IMG/VR virus record: IMGVR_UViG_3300038316_000088
Location: 1-37,348 of that record
Length of the DNA: 37,348 bases
Strand: one strand, 5' to 3'
From: a virus
Lineage: Duplodnaviria > Caudoviricetes
Made by a program: the position numbers and the translations under genes. Every line of letters begins with the position of its first letter. Position 1 is the stretch's first letter. Shown here piece by piece: positions 16,616 through 26,212 of the stretch. Below the pieces are notes generated by a model. It was not told the origin of the DNA and did not search any database. It saw nothing but the letters and a program-made list of their open reading frames with translations.

Positions 16616-17092
16616 ATGACCCTAACCACCACCAGCAACCACCCCCACATACTCACCGACGAAAAAGGCAACGAAATAGAATGCCACCAAAAAGACACCA
16701 TACAACGCATATTCACATTATGGAAAGAACTCGAAGCCAAAGAAAAACACAGAGACAAAAAAATAAAACAAGCATTCGACACCACCACAAAGGAACTATC
16801 ATCACTCCGCAAAGACTTGGACGAAAGGAAACTCATCAATAACTACACCAAAAACGAGAAAGACTGGCTAATACAGCGAGTTGAAAGTATCGGAGAGAAA
16901 AGCGAGGAAGTGGACACCACACTATCAGACAGGGTAACCAACCTTGAAAAAGCCGTCGTCGAGATTGCTAAGAATGATGAGAACCAAGATCGGAGTATTA
17001 GTGATATTAAAAAGTTGATGTACGTGGCGATTGGAGCAATTATAACATTTTTCATCACATTCATAGGCAAAACCATAATATTAGGGATATAA
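16616..17092 (+). CDS. Coiled-coil protein with C-terminal TM helix (XhlA/holin-like)
   Basis: Heptad coiled coil, then LMYVAIGAIITFFITFIG. Confidence 0.6.
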   Translation: MTLTTTSNHPHILTDEKGNEIECHQKDTIQRIFTLWKELEAKEKHRDKKIKQAFDTTTKELSSLRKDLDERKLINNYTKNEKDWLIQRVESIGEKSEEVDTTLSDRVTNLEKAVVEIAKNDENQDRSISDIKKLMYVAIGAIITFFITFIGKTIILGI

Positions 17093-17094
17093 AT

Positions 17095-17259
17095 ATGGCT
17101 TTCAAGACAGTTCTAACACCAGGCATCGACCAACCCATCACCAGGGATGAGTACCGGTGCATGGAATTATACCTGGTTAGCAAACATCACCATCCCCTCA
17201 CTATGACTCTCACTAAAAACACACTTGACACAAAAATGACACAACAACACAAAGGATGA
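17095..17259 (+). CDS. Small hypothetical protein (54 aa)
   Basis: Manual translation MAFKTVLTPGIDQP...HKG*; fills the gap exactly with an ATGA overlap. Confidence 0.4.
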   Translation: MAFKTVLTPGIDQPITRDEYRCMELYLVSKHHHPLTMTLTKNTLDTKMTQQHKG

Positions 17260-17897
17260 TCACCACCATGACAGATTACAAACCAATCACAGAAAAACTT
17301 TTACAACAAATAGACAACGACCTAGTGCGAGGATACAGAGACGAAGAAGGAAAAAAACAATATCCAGACGTAAAAGAAGTAGCAGAACACTATAACGTCT
17401 CCTACAACACACTAAGAAGAAAAGTCGGAAAACTCAACTGGAAACAAAGACGCAAAGACTACGCAAATAAAGTACACAAGAAGGTTCAGGAAAAGAAGAA
17501 TCGCAATGATGAGGAAATTAGTGAAGCCGAAGCGGAGGCTATTGTTGTTGAAGATTACCAGTTTAACAAGGCCGCTAATCTTCTTAGGAGGGCGGTGACT
17601 AGAGAGATTCAGAAGATTTTAGACGGCGATCAAATCCTCAAAGTCCTGAATGATGGGACTGTTATCAAGGGTGTGAAAAGTCCGGGTTACCAGTTGATGA
17701 ACCTGGGTAAAGCATTGGAGTCCGCTCAGAAAGTGAGTAAAACAGCAGCTGGAGAACCATCAGAAATCAATGAAACCAAAGTCCAGAGCGAAGGCCGCTA
17801 TGAAGTTACCCGTAGTCTGATTTGTAGTGAAGACCATATTAAGCATGAATTAGAGGTTTTGAATGCCGCAGGCAAATCCCAGGGATGTAGTCGATGA
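17256..17897 (+). CDS. terS: Terminase small subunit
   Basis: N-terminal HTH (VKEVAEHYNVSYNTLRRK...W); directly upstream of and overlapping terL. Confidence 0.75.
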   Translation: MITTMTDYKPITEKLLQQIDNDLVRGYRDEEGKKQYPDVKEVAEHYNVSYNTLRRKVGKLNWKQRRKDYANKVHKKVQEKKNRNDEEISEAEAEAIVVEDYQFNKAANLLRRAVTREIQKILDGDQILKVLNDGTVIKGVKSPGYQLMNLGKALESAQKVSKTAAGEPSEINETKVQSEGRYEVTRSLICSEDHIKHELEVLNAAGKSQGCSR

Positions 17898-19431
17898 CCG
17901 TTTCCCATTAGGCCCTGGCACATTCGCAATCGAGGCAAGCGAGGGACGGTGGAAAGCATTCCCACATCTTATTCTGATTATTGAATTGTTAATGTACATG
18001 GTGAATGGTAGGTGTAACCGGTTAATGGTATTATGCCCACCAAGACATGGTAAATCCTGGCTCATCAGCAAATACTTTTTAACATGGTTCCTAGGCACAT
18101 TCCCAGACCTCCGGATAATATTAGCAACACACCGGGCCAGTTTCAGTGCGAAATGGGGACGCATAACCAAACAACTACTAGAAAGGTATGGTAAAAAATT
18201 ATTCGTCTCCGAAATGCTAACCGAAGAAGGTGAACGAGTCCTCGTAAAAAATGATGTTGAACTTGACAAGTCCAGTAACGCAGCATACCGATGGGACATA
18301 TCAGGCCATGACGGCGGCCTATTCACCGGGGGTATAGGTACAGGCCTGTTAGGTGAGGGTATGAATGGTGGGATCATAGATGACCCTACTAAGGGATTCA
18401 CCAAAGCAAACCGCAAAAGTCACCAGCAAGAACTGAATGACTGGTATTACACTGAATTTAAAACACGGGCTGATACAGACCTGGCCACTGGCAAATCACC
18501 CTGGATATGTTACATTGCACAACGCCTGAATAGGAAGGACCTTGCAGGTCAGATATTATATGGTTTAACCGATGAAGACCCTGGAGAATCACACATTGAT
18601 GCAAGAGAAGCCCTCCACATCCTACGAAACGGGGGCAACATACCAAACGGGACATGGGTTGTGTTAAACCTCCCTGCCCTGGCAGAAGAAAACGACGTTC
18701 TCGGTAGACAACCCGGCGAGGCCCTATGCAGGCAGATTAAGAATGAATCCGAGTTAGAACAGATACAACGTGAAATGGGAAGCTTCCGTTTTGAAGCATT
18801 ATACCAGGGCCAACCCAGGGAACGTGAGGGTAAAATCTTCAAATCAATATGGTTCAAAGACGAGCATGGTAACCTCCTTGAGGATCTGTTTGTAGTTGGA
18901 TCTGATCTCAAAGTACAGAATGAAATACGATACTGGGATGCAGCTAGTAGTGGAGAAGAAGGAGACAAGACAGCCAGCCTCAAATCAACCTATAATAAAG
19001 AAACTAAAACCCTTATTTTCAAAGGACCTTTGGTTAATTATCCTTACAGTGCCAAAGGCGTGATTGACAAATATTATCAAATTAGCAATGATGAACAGAA
19101 CGTCCAATCTATTTTTGAACAGGAACCCGGAAGCGGAACCAAACTATTAGTAGCACGTTTAAGGCGGGATAAAAGGTTAAAACAGCGTAAAACAATCAGG
19201 CTTGATAAAGTCCGGGAGAGTAAAGCTGACCGGGCCTTTGACTTGGAAGTTTTATGTGAAGACCATCGGGTCCGCTTTGACAAGGAATCGTTAACACATA
19301 GGGATGTTGAAACCATCATAAACCAGTGGATTGAGTTCACAGGTGAAGAAGGTGGAGAAGACCATATTGTGGATGTTAGTACAGGCAGTGCAAGATGGTG
19401 GTTACGGCCCCGTAGGAAAGTTGTAGTATGA
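17863..19431 (+). CDS. terL: Terminase large subunit
   Basis: Walker A PPRHGKS, Walker B GIIDDP, LYQGQP, RYWD and EDHIVD nuclease motifs. Confidence 0.95.
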   Translation: MPQANPRDVVDDRFPLGPGTFAIEASEGRWKAFPHLILIIELLMYMVNGRCNRLMVLCPPRHGKSWLISKYFLTWFLGTFPDLRIILATHRASFSAKWGRITKQLLERYGKKLFVSEMLTEEGERVLVKNDVELDKSSNAAYRWDISGHDGGLFTGGIGTGLLGEGMNGGIIDDPTKGFTKANRKSHQQELNDWYYTEFKTRADTDLATGKSPWICYIAQRLNRKDLAGQILYGLTDEDPGESHIDAREALHILRNGGNIPNGTWVVLNLPALAEENDVLGRQPGEALCRQIKNESELEQIQREMGSFRFEALYQGQPREREGKIFKSIWFKDEHGNLLEDLFVVGSDLKVQNEIRYWDAASSGEEGDKTASLKSTYNKETKTLIFKGPLVNYPYSAKGVIDKYYQISNDEQNVQSIFEQEPGSGTKLLVARLRRDKRLKQRKTIRLDKVRESKADRAFDLEVLCEDHRVRFDKESLTHRDVETIINQWIEFTGEEGGEDHIVDVSTGSARWWLRPRRKVVV

Positions 19432-21074
19432 TTAAAAAGAGCAATAAAGGAAACCCAGACGCTTTCATAATCACTAAGGAAGACGGGTCATGGGATATAG
19501 TGGATAATGATGTCCTGGATAAGTACGCTATCAAAGCTGACGTTGATAGTGAGGGTAGTAAACAGATAAAGACTGATGGCTTTGACTACAACTCACTTCA
19601 CGAACCATTATACGACCCAGAACAGTTATGTGAGTTATTGGAGTTGAACACTTTCCACAGTGACTGTTGCGATACGGTCGCCCGGGACGCTGGAGGTTTG
19701 GGTTACACTTTGAATGGTGTTGAAGGTGCGGATAGTTCTGAGGCTAGTAAGAAGCGTGCTGAAGAGTTCCTTAACAATATCACGGATGGGATTAACACCA
19801 TCTTATACAAGTGTAACTATGACCGCAGGGCTATGGGGTATGGTGTTATTGAAGTTATACGTGAAAAACGGAGCAAATCAAACATAGTCAACCTATCACA
19901 TATACCAGCCCAGCACCTCCGAAGACATAAAGATGGGATGCGGGTTAAACAACAAGTGAACACCAAAACTGTTTGGTTCGTACTGTACGGACGCAATAAA
20001 GATGACCGTGGCCGTCCAGTGGATGTTCATGCAGATACTGGAGAAATACATCCATATAACAGTTTAGGCCCAGACGAGCGGGCTAATGAACTATTATGGA
20101 GGATGGATTACACCCCCAAATCACACTACTACGGCATGCCCAAAATCATACCAGCCATACGGGCAATATACGGAGACCTTAGTCGTGCTGAATACAACAC
20201 CGCATTCTTTAAAAATTATGGTATGCCCGCATTCGCCCTCATGGTAAGTGGTGACTTTGACTCCGGAATAACAGACCCCACTGACCCTGAGTATGATGAA
20301 ACCAAAACCCTCAAATACAAGATTAGTCAGCAGATTAAGGAGGTTATGAAAAACCCCCACAGTGCCGTATCCGTCTTAATACCAAGTGAGGGTGAAGAGG
20401 GTAATGTTAAAATAGAATTAAAACCATTGAGTGTTGAAACTAAGGAAGCCAGCTTCAGACTTTTCCGTAAGGATAATCGGGATGAAATATTAGCCGCCCA
20501 CAGAGTACCCGCCTACCGTATAGGTATCAATGAAACCGGGGCACTTGGAGGGTCGAATACTGGCGAAGCAACAAGGATTTATAAGAACAGTGTTGTTGAG
20601 CCACTTCAGAGTGATGATGAGTATGATATAACCCGATTACTACGTGATGAATTTGAAATTAAGGATTGGCAGTTTAAAATTTCAGAGATAGACATAAGAG
20701 ACGTTGCCCAAGATATTCAAATAGCAGGTCAACTCTTTGACAGAGCAAGCATGACACCACGTGAAATGATACAATACTTCAGTGAACGTTTCGGACTTAA
20801 AGATGACCCCGGGAATCCTTACCTTGATGATTATTACCTCCACGGCCAACCACTAGACAGCGTACACACCAATACAGGGATGGAACCCCCAGGAACTAGT
20901 CAGGTATTAGGACGGTTGGAGGATGACTTGCTCGGTGGGGGTGAAAGTGATGACGATAGCGATGAAATCCAAGACATGGATGGCACGGAAGATAGGGCAA
21001 TCAAGAACGCTTTTAACAGGCTTAGAAACCGAGTATCAAATGCGGTTAGCCGCAGAGAACGCCCTGGCTGGTAA
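19428..21074 (+). CDS. Portal protein (PBSX-like)
   Basis: Follows terL; YYGMP, FFKNYGMP, ILAAHRVP..IGI motifs. Confidence 0.92.
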   Translation: MIKKSNKGNPDAFIITKEDGSWDIVDNDVLDKYAIKADVDSEGSKQIKTDGFDYNSLHEPLYDPEQLCELLELNTFHSDCCDTVARDAGGLGYTLNGVEGADSSEASKKRAEEFLNNITDGINTILYKCNYDRRAMGYGVIEVIREKRSKSNIVNLSHIPAQHLRRHKDGMRVKQQVNTKTVWFVLYGRNKDDRGRPVDVHADTGEIHPYNSLGPDERANELLWRMDYTPKSHYYGMPKIIPAIRAIYGDLSRAEYNTAFFKNYGMPAFALMVSGDFDSGITDPTDPEYDETKTLKYKISQQIKEVMKNPHSAVSVLIPSEGEEGNVKIELKPLSVETKEASFRLFRKDNRDEILAAHRVPAYRIGINETGALGGSNTGEATRIYKNSVVEPLQSDDEYDITRLLRDEFEIKDWQFKISEIDIRDVAQDIQIAGQLFDRASMTPREMIQYFSERFGLKDDPGNPYLDDYYLHGQPLDSVHTNTGMEPPGTSQVLGRLEDDLLGGGESDDDSDEIQDMDGTEDRAIKNAFNRLRNRVSNAVSRRERPGW

Positions 21075-21858
21075 ATTGGGTAAACTTTTCTCAGAAGCTG
21101 AGAAGAAAACATTAAGATTATATCTTAAACATGCTGGAGACCCTGATGCGTTACAGTTTCAGGCTCGGGAAATTTTACAACCATTATTTGACATGGAACC
21201 ACGATATGTTGACACTATTCTTTATGATAATGTTAAAGCTTTTAGGAACGGCCGTAAAAACACAATAGACTTGTTGAACATCCAGTTAAGCCGTAGTAAA
21301 CAGTTAACTTTAACCGATTTTAATCAGAACGTGTACACTAACCTGGCGAATCAGACTTTCACAGCATCCGCCAGGACTATGAACCGTGTGCGGAACAATA
21401 TAACTAACATCCTGGCTGAAGCTTATCAGGAAGGATGGGGAATACAGAACGCTACCAGGAAGTTGAAGAAAGAATTCAATGCTCTCAAGACTTATGAGGC
21501 CCGCCGTATAGCCCGAACTGAGTTGAACAGTGCCCAGAACCAGGGTGCTTTCCAGACTTATGAGGATTATGGCGTGGAGTATCATCAGTGGTGGACGGGT
21601 CAGGACAGCCGTGTCCGGGATAGTCACCGTGGTTTGCATGGTCAGATTGTCCAGGTGGGTAAGCCTTTTGAGAATGGTTTAATGTTTCCTGGTGACCGTA
21701 ATGGCCGTATTCGTGAGTGGATTCATTGTCGGTGCACTACTGTTCCTTATTTAATGCCTTTGGGTTTTATGGCTCCTATGGGTATGCCTTATTTCCATGA
21801 ATCTGATATTGTGCGTATTCCTAACTTTAAGATTCCAAGGGATATTTTAGAGTTTTAA
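20950..21858 (+). CDS. SPP1 gp7/MuF-like minor head protein
   Basis: ARRIARTE, DSRVRDSH, L.FPGD, IHCRC; GGGGGTG RBS before ATG 20950; overlaps the portal 3' end. Confidence 0.9.
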   Translation: MTIAMKSKTWMARKIGQSRTLLTGLETEYQMRLAAENALAGKLGKLFSEAEKKTLRLYLKHAGDPDALQFQAREILQPLFDMEPRYVDTILYDNVKAFRNGRKNTIDLLNIQLSRSKQLTLTDFNQNVYTNLANQTFTASARTMNRVRNNITNILAEAYQEGWGIQNATRKLKKEFNALKTYEARRIARTELNSAQNQGAFQTYEDYGVEYHQWWTGQDSRVRDSHRGLHGQIVQVGKPFENGLMFPGDRNGRIREWIHCRCTTVPYLMPLGFMAPMGMPYFHESDIVRIPNFKIPRDILEF

Positions 21859-21879
21859 CATCACATTACCCTTTTTTTG

Positions 21880-21893
21880 TGTATTGATATAAC
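21880..21893 (+). promoter_or_regulatory. Putative late promoter motif TGTATT(A/G)ATATAA
   Basis: Same motif at 15558-15570 and 16587-16599, each after a T-tract and before late genes. Confidence 0.5.
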
Positions 21894-21930
21894 AAGAACC
21901 TATTAATTTTAAAATGGAGGTGAATCTATT

Positions 21931-22932
21931 TTGACAGAAAACGAAAACTACGAATTCTCATCACTCAAAACAAGAATTCTCAAAGTTGAAAAAGCAAAAG
22001 ACCACGTCATGTTCACAGGCACCGTACTAATACCTGGCGAACCAGACTGCGACGCCGCCAACGGCGAAACACCACTCAGCCCCGAAACAGTGGCCAAAAT
22101 GGCCCACGAATACCTACTAAACTACCGACTCGTTGACAAAGACCACAACTACTTCATGACCAACAAAACCGTAGGCGACCCAGTCGAATCATGGCTACTA
22201 GACGAAGCCAAAACGATGAAAAGCATAGACGGCCAGGAACGCAGCTACCCTCGGGGTACATGGGTGGTGAAGAGTAAAATAACAGACCCTGAAACAATGA
22301 TTAAGGCAGAGAAAGGCTTAGTAGCCTATTCTGTGACTGCATTATCCAAGGATAAAGCTGAAGAGTTTAAGGCAACACTCAAAAACAAAACAAGAGTGCT
22401 AATCAAAGACTTGGAAGACCCCGTAGGGTTCACAGTATCCCTCGTGGAGAATCCCTGTGTTAATAACAGTTGCAGTGTTAAAATTGATGATGTGACCCTG
22501 AAGGAGGGTCAGAGTATTTCCAAACAGAACAAGAATGTGTTGGAAAAGGCAGTTGAACTTTTAAATGAACTTATAAGCCAAGCAAAAGGCGATATTGGAG
22601 GCGATAACGTGACTGAAGAAAGTAAAAAAGAAGAGAAGTCTGAGAAATCAGAATCTAAACCTGAATATGTGTTGAAATCTGATTTTGATGATTTCAAAGA
22701 AGAAGTCCTTAATGCAATTAAGGGCAAAGAAGATGAGAAATCCGATAAATCGGATAAAAAAGAAGAAAAAGAAAAAGATGAGAAATCTGAGAAATCAGAG
22801 GACAAAGAATCAGGCAAAAGCAAAGCCCTGAAAAACCATGACACTGAAAAAGAAGGCCCCGCCTTCAAATCAGTTGAACATTACATGGGCCGAACCAAAA
22901 GAGGACGACCCATCCCACAAAACAAAAAATAA
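21931..22932 (+). CDS. XkdF-like prohead protease with charged scaffold tail
   Basis: G.VLIP, D..H, VESW, GTW, YSV, VSLVENP motifs; E/K/S-rich C-terminus. Confidence 0.85.
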   Translation: MTENENYEFSSLKTRILKVEKAKDHVMFTGTVLIPGEPDCDAANGETPLSPETVAKMAHEYLLNYRLVDKDHNYFMTNKTVGDPVESWLLDEAKTMKSIDGQERSYPRGTWVVKSKITDPETMIKAEKGLVAYSVTALSKDKAEEFKATLKNKTRVLIKDLEDPVGFTVSLVENPCVNNSCSVKIDDVTLKEGQSISKQNKNVLEKAVELLNELISQAKGDIGGDNVTEESKKEEKSEKSESKPEYVLKSDFDDFKEEVLNAIKGKEDEKSDKSDKKEEKEKDEKSEKSEDKESGKSKALKNHDTEKEGPAFKSVEHYMGRTKRGRPIPQNKK

Positions 22933-22954
22933 AAGAGAAATGAGGGAATAAAAG

Positions 22955-23947
22955 ATGATTTCAAACGTACAAACCCTAAATGATATAGTTGCAAACAAAG
23001 CATCAGCCCTGGCAATCCAAACCTTTAACAAGGCCATACTCAACCCAGAACAGGCTGGTAAATTCTTAAGGGAAGCTACCGAGGACCAGGTTGTGATGAG
23101 GGAAGCATCCATTATCACAATGAAAAGCCACACCAAAAACTTGGACCGTGTCACCATAGACGGCCGTGTCCTACACAGTGGATATGATGACAGTGGCCTT
23201 ACCAGGGAGTTAGAAAATGATGAAAAAGTGGCCTTCACCACATTCCAGAACCAACTCATAGCCCATAAACTCAAAACCCAGGCAGAGATTGAGGATGATG
23301 AACTGGAAGACAACATTGAAGGCAAAGCATTCATCAACACCCTATTAGAGTTGATTGGTGAACAGGTTGGATCTGACCTGGAAACCTGGGCACTCTTCGC
23401 GGATAGTGAAAACATACTATACGCAACCGATGACCTTTTATCCACCACTGAGGGTTGGATTCCGAAAGCTGGTTACAAAGTCTATGACCTGGCTGACACC
23501 ATTGAAAGTGATGGTATTGAAGCATTATTCGATGCCATGATTAAGGCCATACCTAAAAAGTTCATCAAAAACAGGAACCAGATGAGGTTCTACGTACCCT
23601 ATGAGTATGAAAAGCTGTACAAGGATGAGCTTAAAGGCCGTGGAACCCCATTGGGCGATACCACAGTCCAGGGATTCCGACAGTTAGCCTATGAGGGTAT
23701 TCCTGTTGTGCACTGCCCTAGCATGGATGACACCGTAGCCCAAACCCTCTATGAAACCCCTACTCCACTGTTAACCAACCCTGCCAATATGGTTTGTGGG
23801 TTCTGGAGACAGATTGGAATGGAACCTGACAGGCACGCTGCCAGTGAGAAAACCGAGTATGTGCTCACCCTCCGTGGGGATGTGCACTACTACAATGAGT
23901 ACATGGCTGTTGCTGCCTTCCCAGACATAGAAGCACCCTCCCCATGA
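22955..23947 (+). CDS. Major capsid protein (HK97 fold)
   Basis: Position and size; ILNPEQAGKF, LEDNIEG, R.T.LGD, GIPV motifs of XkdG-like capsids. Confidence 0.92.
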   Translation: MISNVQTLNDIVANKASALAIQTFNKAILNPEQAGKFLREATEDQVVMREASIITMKSHTKNLDRVTIDGRVLHSGYDDSGLTRELENDEKVAFTTFQNQLIAHKLKTQAEIEDDELEDNIEGKAFINTLLELIGEQVGSDLETWALFADSENILYATDDLLSTTEGWIPKAGYKVYDLADTIESDGIEALFDAMIKAIPKKFIKNRNQMRFYVPYEYEKLYKDELKGRGTPLGDTTVQGFRQLAYEGIPVVHCPSMDDTVAQTLYETPTPLLTNPANMVCGFWRQIGMEPDRHAASEKTEYVLTLRGDVHYYNEYMAVAAFPDIEAPSP

Positions 23948-23979
23948 ACATAGGGGATGGTGTTTTTACTTTTTTATTT
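23933..23979 (+). terminator. Hairpin plus T-tract after the capsid gene
   Basis: GCACCCTCCCC...GGGGATGGTGT then T-runs. Confidence 0.6.
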
Positions 23980-23999
23980 GATTTTGGAGGATTTTTAGC

Positions 24000-24677
24000 A
24001 TGTTAAGCGTAGTTAGAGCAATTAAAAAACTTATAGAACAAATGCAGGAAAACAGCCTCGCAGTGGGTGTTATATCATTCACAGAGGCCATAGTATCCAC
24101 AATCACCGCAACCACCGGTAGTGATTTAACCATCGCCGGAGCAACCGGGAAGGACATCAAACTTACCCTTACCGATGCCGCAGGTGCCCGGGCCGTAATA
24201 GTTTATGACAGCGGAGCTGTGGCTGTCTGTGAAATAGACAGTAACGGCCAAATAACAGCCAGTGGGGGGTTTGTTGGTGACTTAACTGGTGACGTGGTTG
24301 GAGATTTAACCGCTGCCAGTGCATCTCACCTAACCCTGGCCAATGCAGCTGCGGATAAAAATGTTGTCATTAATCTTGGTGATAATGCAGCTGCAACAAA
24401 AGTTTCAGTGACGGATAGTGGAGATGCGGAAGTGGCCAGTATCAACAGTAACGGCGAAATAGACGGAGCTGCTATGATAGCACCACTCAAATATGCTGCT
24501 GTTGAAACCACAGGCGCCCCTACCAATGCTGAATGTGCCAGTGCCTTTGGAGCTGCAGCTACTGTGGGGGCTGGATTTGTGGGCGTGTTACAAGACACCG
24601 CTGCCGAGGGAGTTTCATATCTCTGTGTTTCCAACGGAACTGATTACGACGTGTTCACTGGTGTAGCAGCAGCATAA
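24000..24677 (+). CDS. Ala/Gly/Thr-rich virion protein, probable head decoration or fibre
   Basis: Follows the capsid gene; two ~45-aa internal repeats and GDLTGDVVGDL. Confidence 0.55.
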   Translation: MLSVVRAIKKLIEQMQENSLAVGVISFTEAIVSTITATTGSDLTIAGATGKDIKLTLTDAAGARAVIVYDSGAVAVCEIDSNGQITASGGFVGDLTGDVVGDLTAASASHLTLANAAADKNVVINLGDNAAATKVSVTDSGDAEVASINSNGEIDGAAMIAPLKYAAVETTGAPTNAECASAFGAAATVGAGFVGVLQDTAAEGVSYLCVSNGTDYDVFTGVAAA

Positions 24678-24765
24678 ATAAAAACACCCCTATCAATTTA
24701 ACCCCCCTTTATTTTTTTTTAGGGGTTTTATTATAATCTTTATTTTATTTTGGAGGCGGTTCATA

Positions 24766-25197
24766 TTGACTGATTATTGCACAGCCTTAGAGGTCATCCG
24801 ATTAACAGGGGTTAAACCCTCAAGCCTGAAGCTTGACAAAGAAGCGGACCCAGACCTGGCACTTGAAACACTGATCACTGATTGGATACAACAATCAATG
24901 GCCCTTATTGACAGTTACTGCCATCGAACATTCACAGTGGATGAGACCACGTCATGGAATGTTGTCCGTAGTGTTTGTCAGAGGATGACGGCTAATATGG
25001 TTGCTCTTAGCCAGGCACGCCGTGACACACCCTTGGTAAAGGTGAATGATTGGAGGGTTGAAATATCCAGTGCTGGTATATTCACAAAGGAATTGAAAGA
25101 CGACCTGGAACCCTACATCCATACTAGCAGTAAGGTTTCAGGGTCAATAGATTTCAGTGCAATCACTGGCGAAGATGAAGAAGAAGATGAGGATTAA
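24766..25197 (+). CDS. Head-tail adaptor
   Basis: YCT..EV...LI...IDSYCHRTF pattern; synteny. Confidence 0.75.
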   Translation: MTDYCTALEVIRLTGVKPSSLKLDKEADPDLALETLITDWIQQSMALIDSYCHRTFTVDETTSWNVVRSVCQRMTANMVALSQARRDTPLVKVNDWRVEISSAGIFTKELKDDLEPYIHTSSKVSGSIDFSAITGEDEEEDED

Positions 25198-25200
25198 AAA

Positions 25201-25644
25201 ATGCCTACCGGTTACACTCTTATCACCACTCTTAAGAAGGGTGAACCCAGGGGAACAACCCAGAAGGTCGTTAACCGTGCTATGGACCTATCCCAGATGG
25301 AGTTAATCGCAAATTTAAAGAAAAACAGCCCAGTTGATGAGGGAAACATGCAGGGTGGATGGTTCCCATTAAGATACAGTATGTTAAACCGGCTGGTAAG
25401 GTCCCCACAAAAGTATACTCCTTTTGTGAATGATGGTACTGGCATTTATGGACCACGAGGCCAAAAGATAAGGCCTAAGAGTAAGAAGGCTTTAGCATTC
25501 ACTTATAAAGGGGCTAAGGTTGTTGTCAGGTCAGTTAAGGGGATACGACCCCGGAAGTTTGTTGAAAGAAGCATAAATGATACAGAGAAAAGAGGCGACG
25601 AGTTCGTTATAAGGGCAGCGATGGAGTTTAAGGGGTTATTATGA
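25201..25644 (+). CDS. HK97 gp10-like neck/tail completion protein
   Basis: SPVDEGNM, Y..FVNDGTGIYGP, V.GI.P..F. Confidence 0.8.
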   Translation: MPTGYTLITTLKKGEPRGTTQKVVNRAMDLSQMELIANLKKNSPVDEGNMQGGWFPLRYSMLNRLVRSPQKYTPFVNDGTGIYGPRGQKIRPKSKKALAFTYKGAKVVVRSVKGIRPRKFVERSINDTEKRGDEFVIRAAMEFKGLL

Positions 25645-26156
25645 CAGGTTTACCATTACAAGAAGGGATGGCCGCACCACCACGGGCGGTTTTATCCTAT
25701 ATCACAACTGAGAATGTGGAGGGAGGATTATTGGAAGAAGTGGAAACAATTCTACCAGCCAATATGTCCGATGTGGTCCCAGACCCCCCTAGTATCTGGA
25801 TAGTGGAGGGAATCACCACCACTGATGAAGGAAAATCACCTAACCTCAGTCAAACCAATTTTATGAAGACACCCTATGAATTTATTTGTGTAGCCTATGA
25901 CAGTGATGGGATAGAAGAAACGATGGTCGCCGCCAGAAACCTAGCAACAAGGGCTGGGGCGAGCATACTGAAAAACTTTAACAGGGTGAAAGCATTACCT
26001 GAAGACCCTGACCGGGTTTTCACAGCAATAAGGTTCAGTGCATTCAACCCCGCTGGAGTGTTGCAGATTGAAGGAAAATCAGAATCTGTTGCAGCCGCCA
26101 GTATAGTTTTTGACTTTATTTATCCTATTCAATGGCTGTACTGTACACGTAGGTAA
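25641..26156 (+). CDS. Probable tail terminator
   Basis: Size and position between the neck and tail tube genes. Confidence 0.6.
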   Translation: MTGLPLQEGMAAPPRAVLSYITTENVEGGLLEEVETILPANMSDVVPDPPSIWIVEGITTTDEGKSPNLSQTNFMKTPYEFICVAYDSDGIEETMVAARNLATRAGASILKNFNRVKALPEDPDRVFTAIRFSAFNPAGVLQIEGKSESVAAASIVFDFIYPIQWLYCTRR

Positions 26157-26212
26157 ATAATCATATAATTTAATTAGAAAAAAAAGTTTTAGAAAATGGA
26201 GGTAAAGAGAGC

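Noticed and set aside
17863-19431. Intein or intron in terL
   Set aside because: Normal length, uninterrupted motifs, and no intein termini or BHB-like insert recognised.
23936-24000. Frameshift or readthrough fusing the capsid to the next gene
   Set aside because: The readthrough and +1 frames stop before 24000; the -1 frame stops at 24004-06, out of frame with the next gene.
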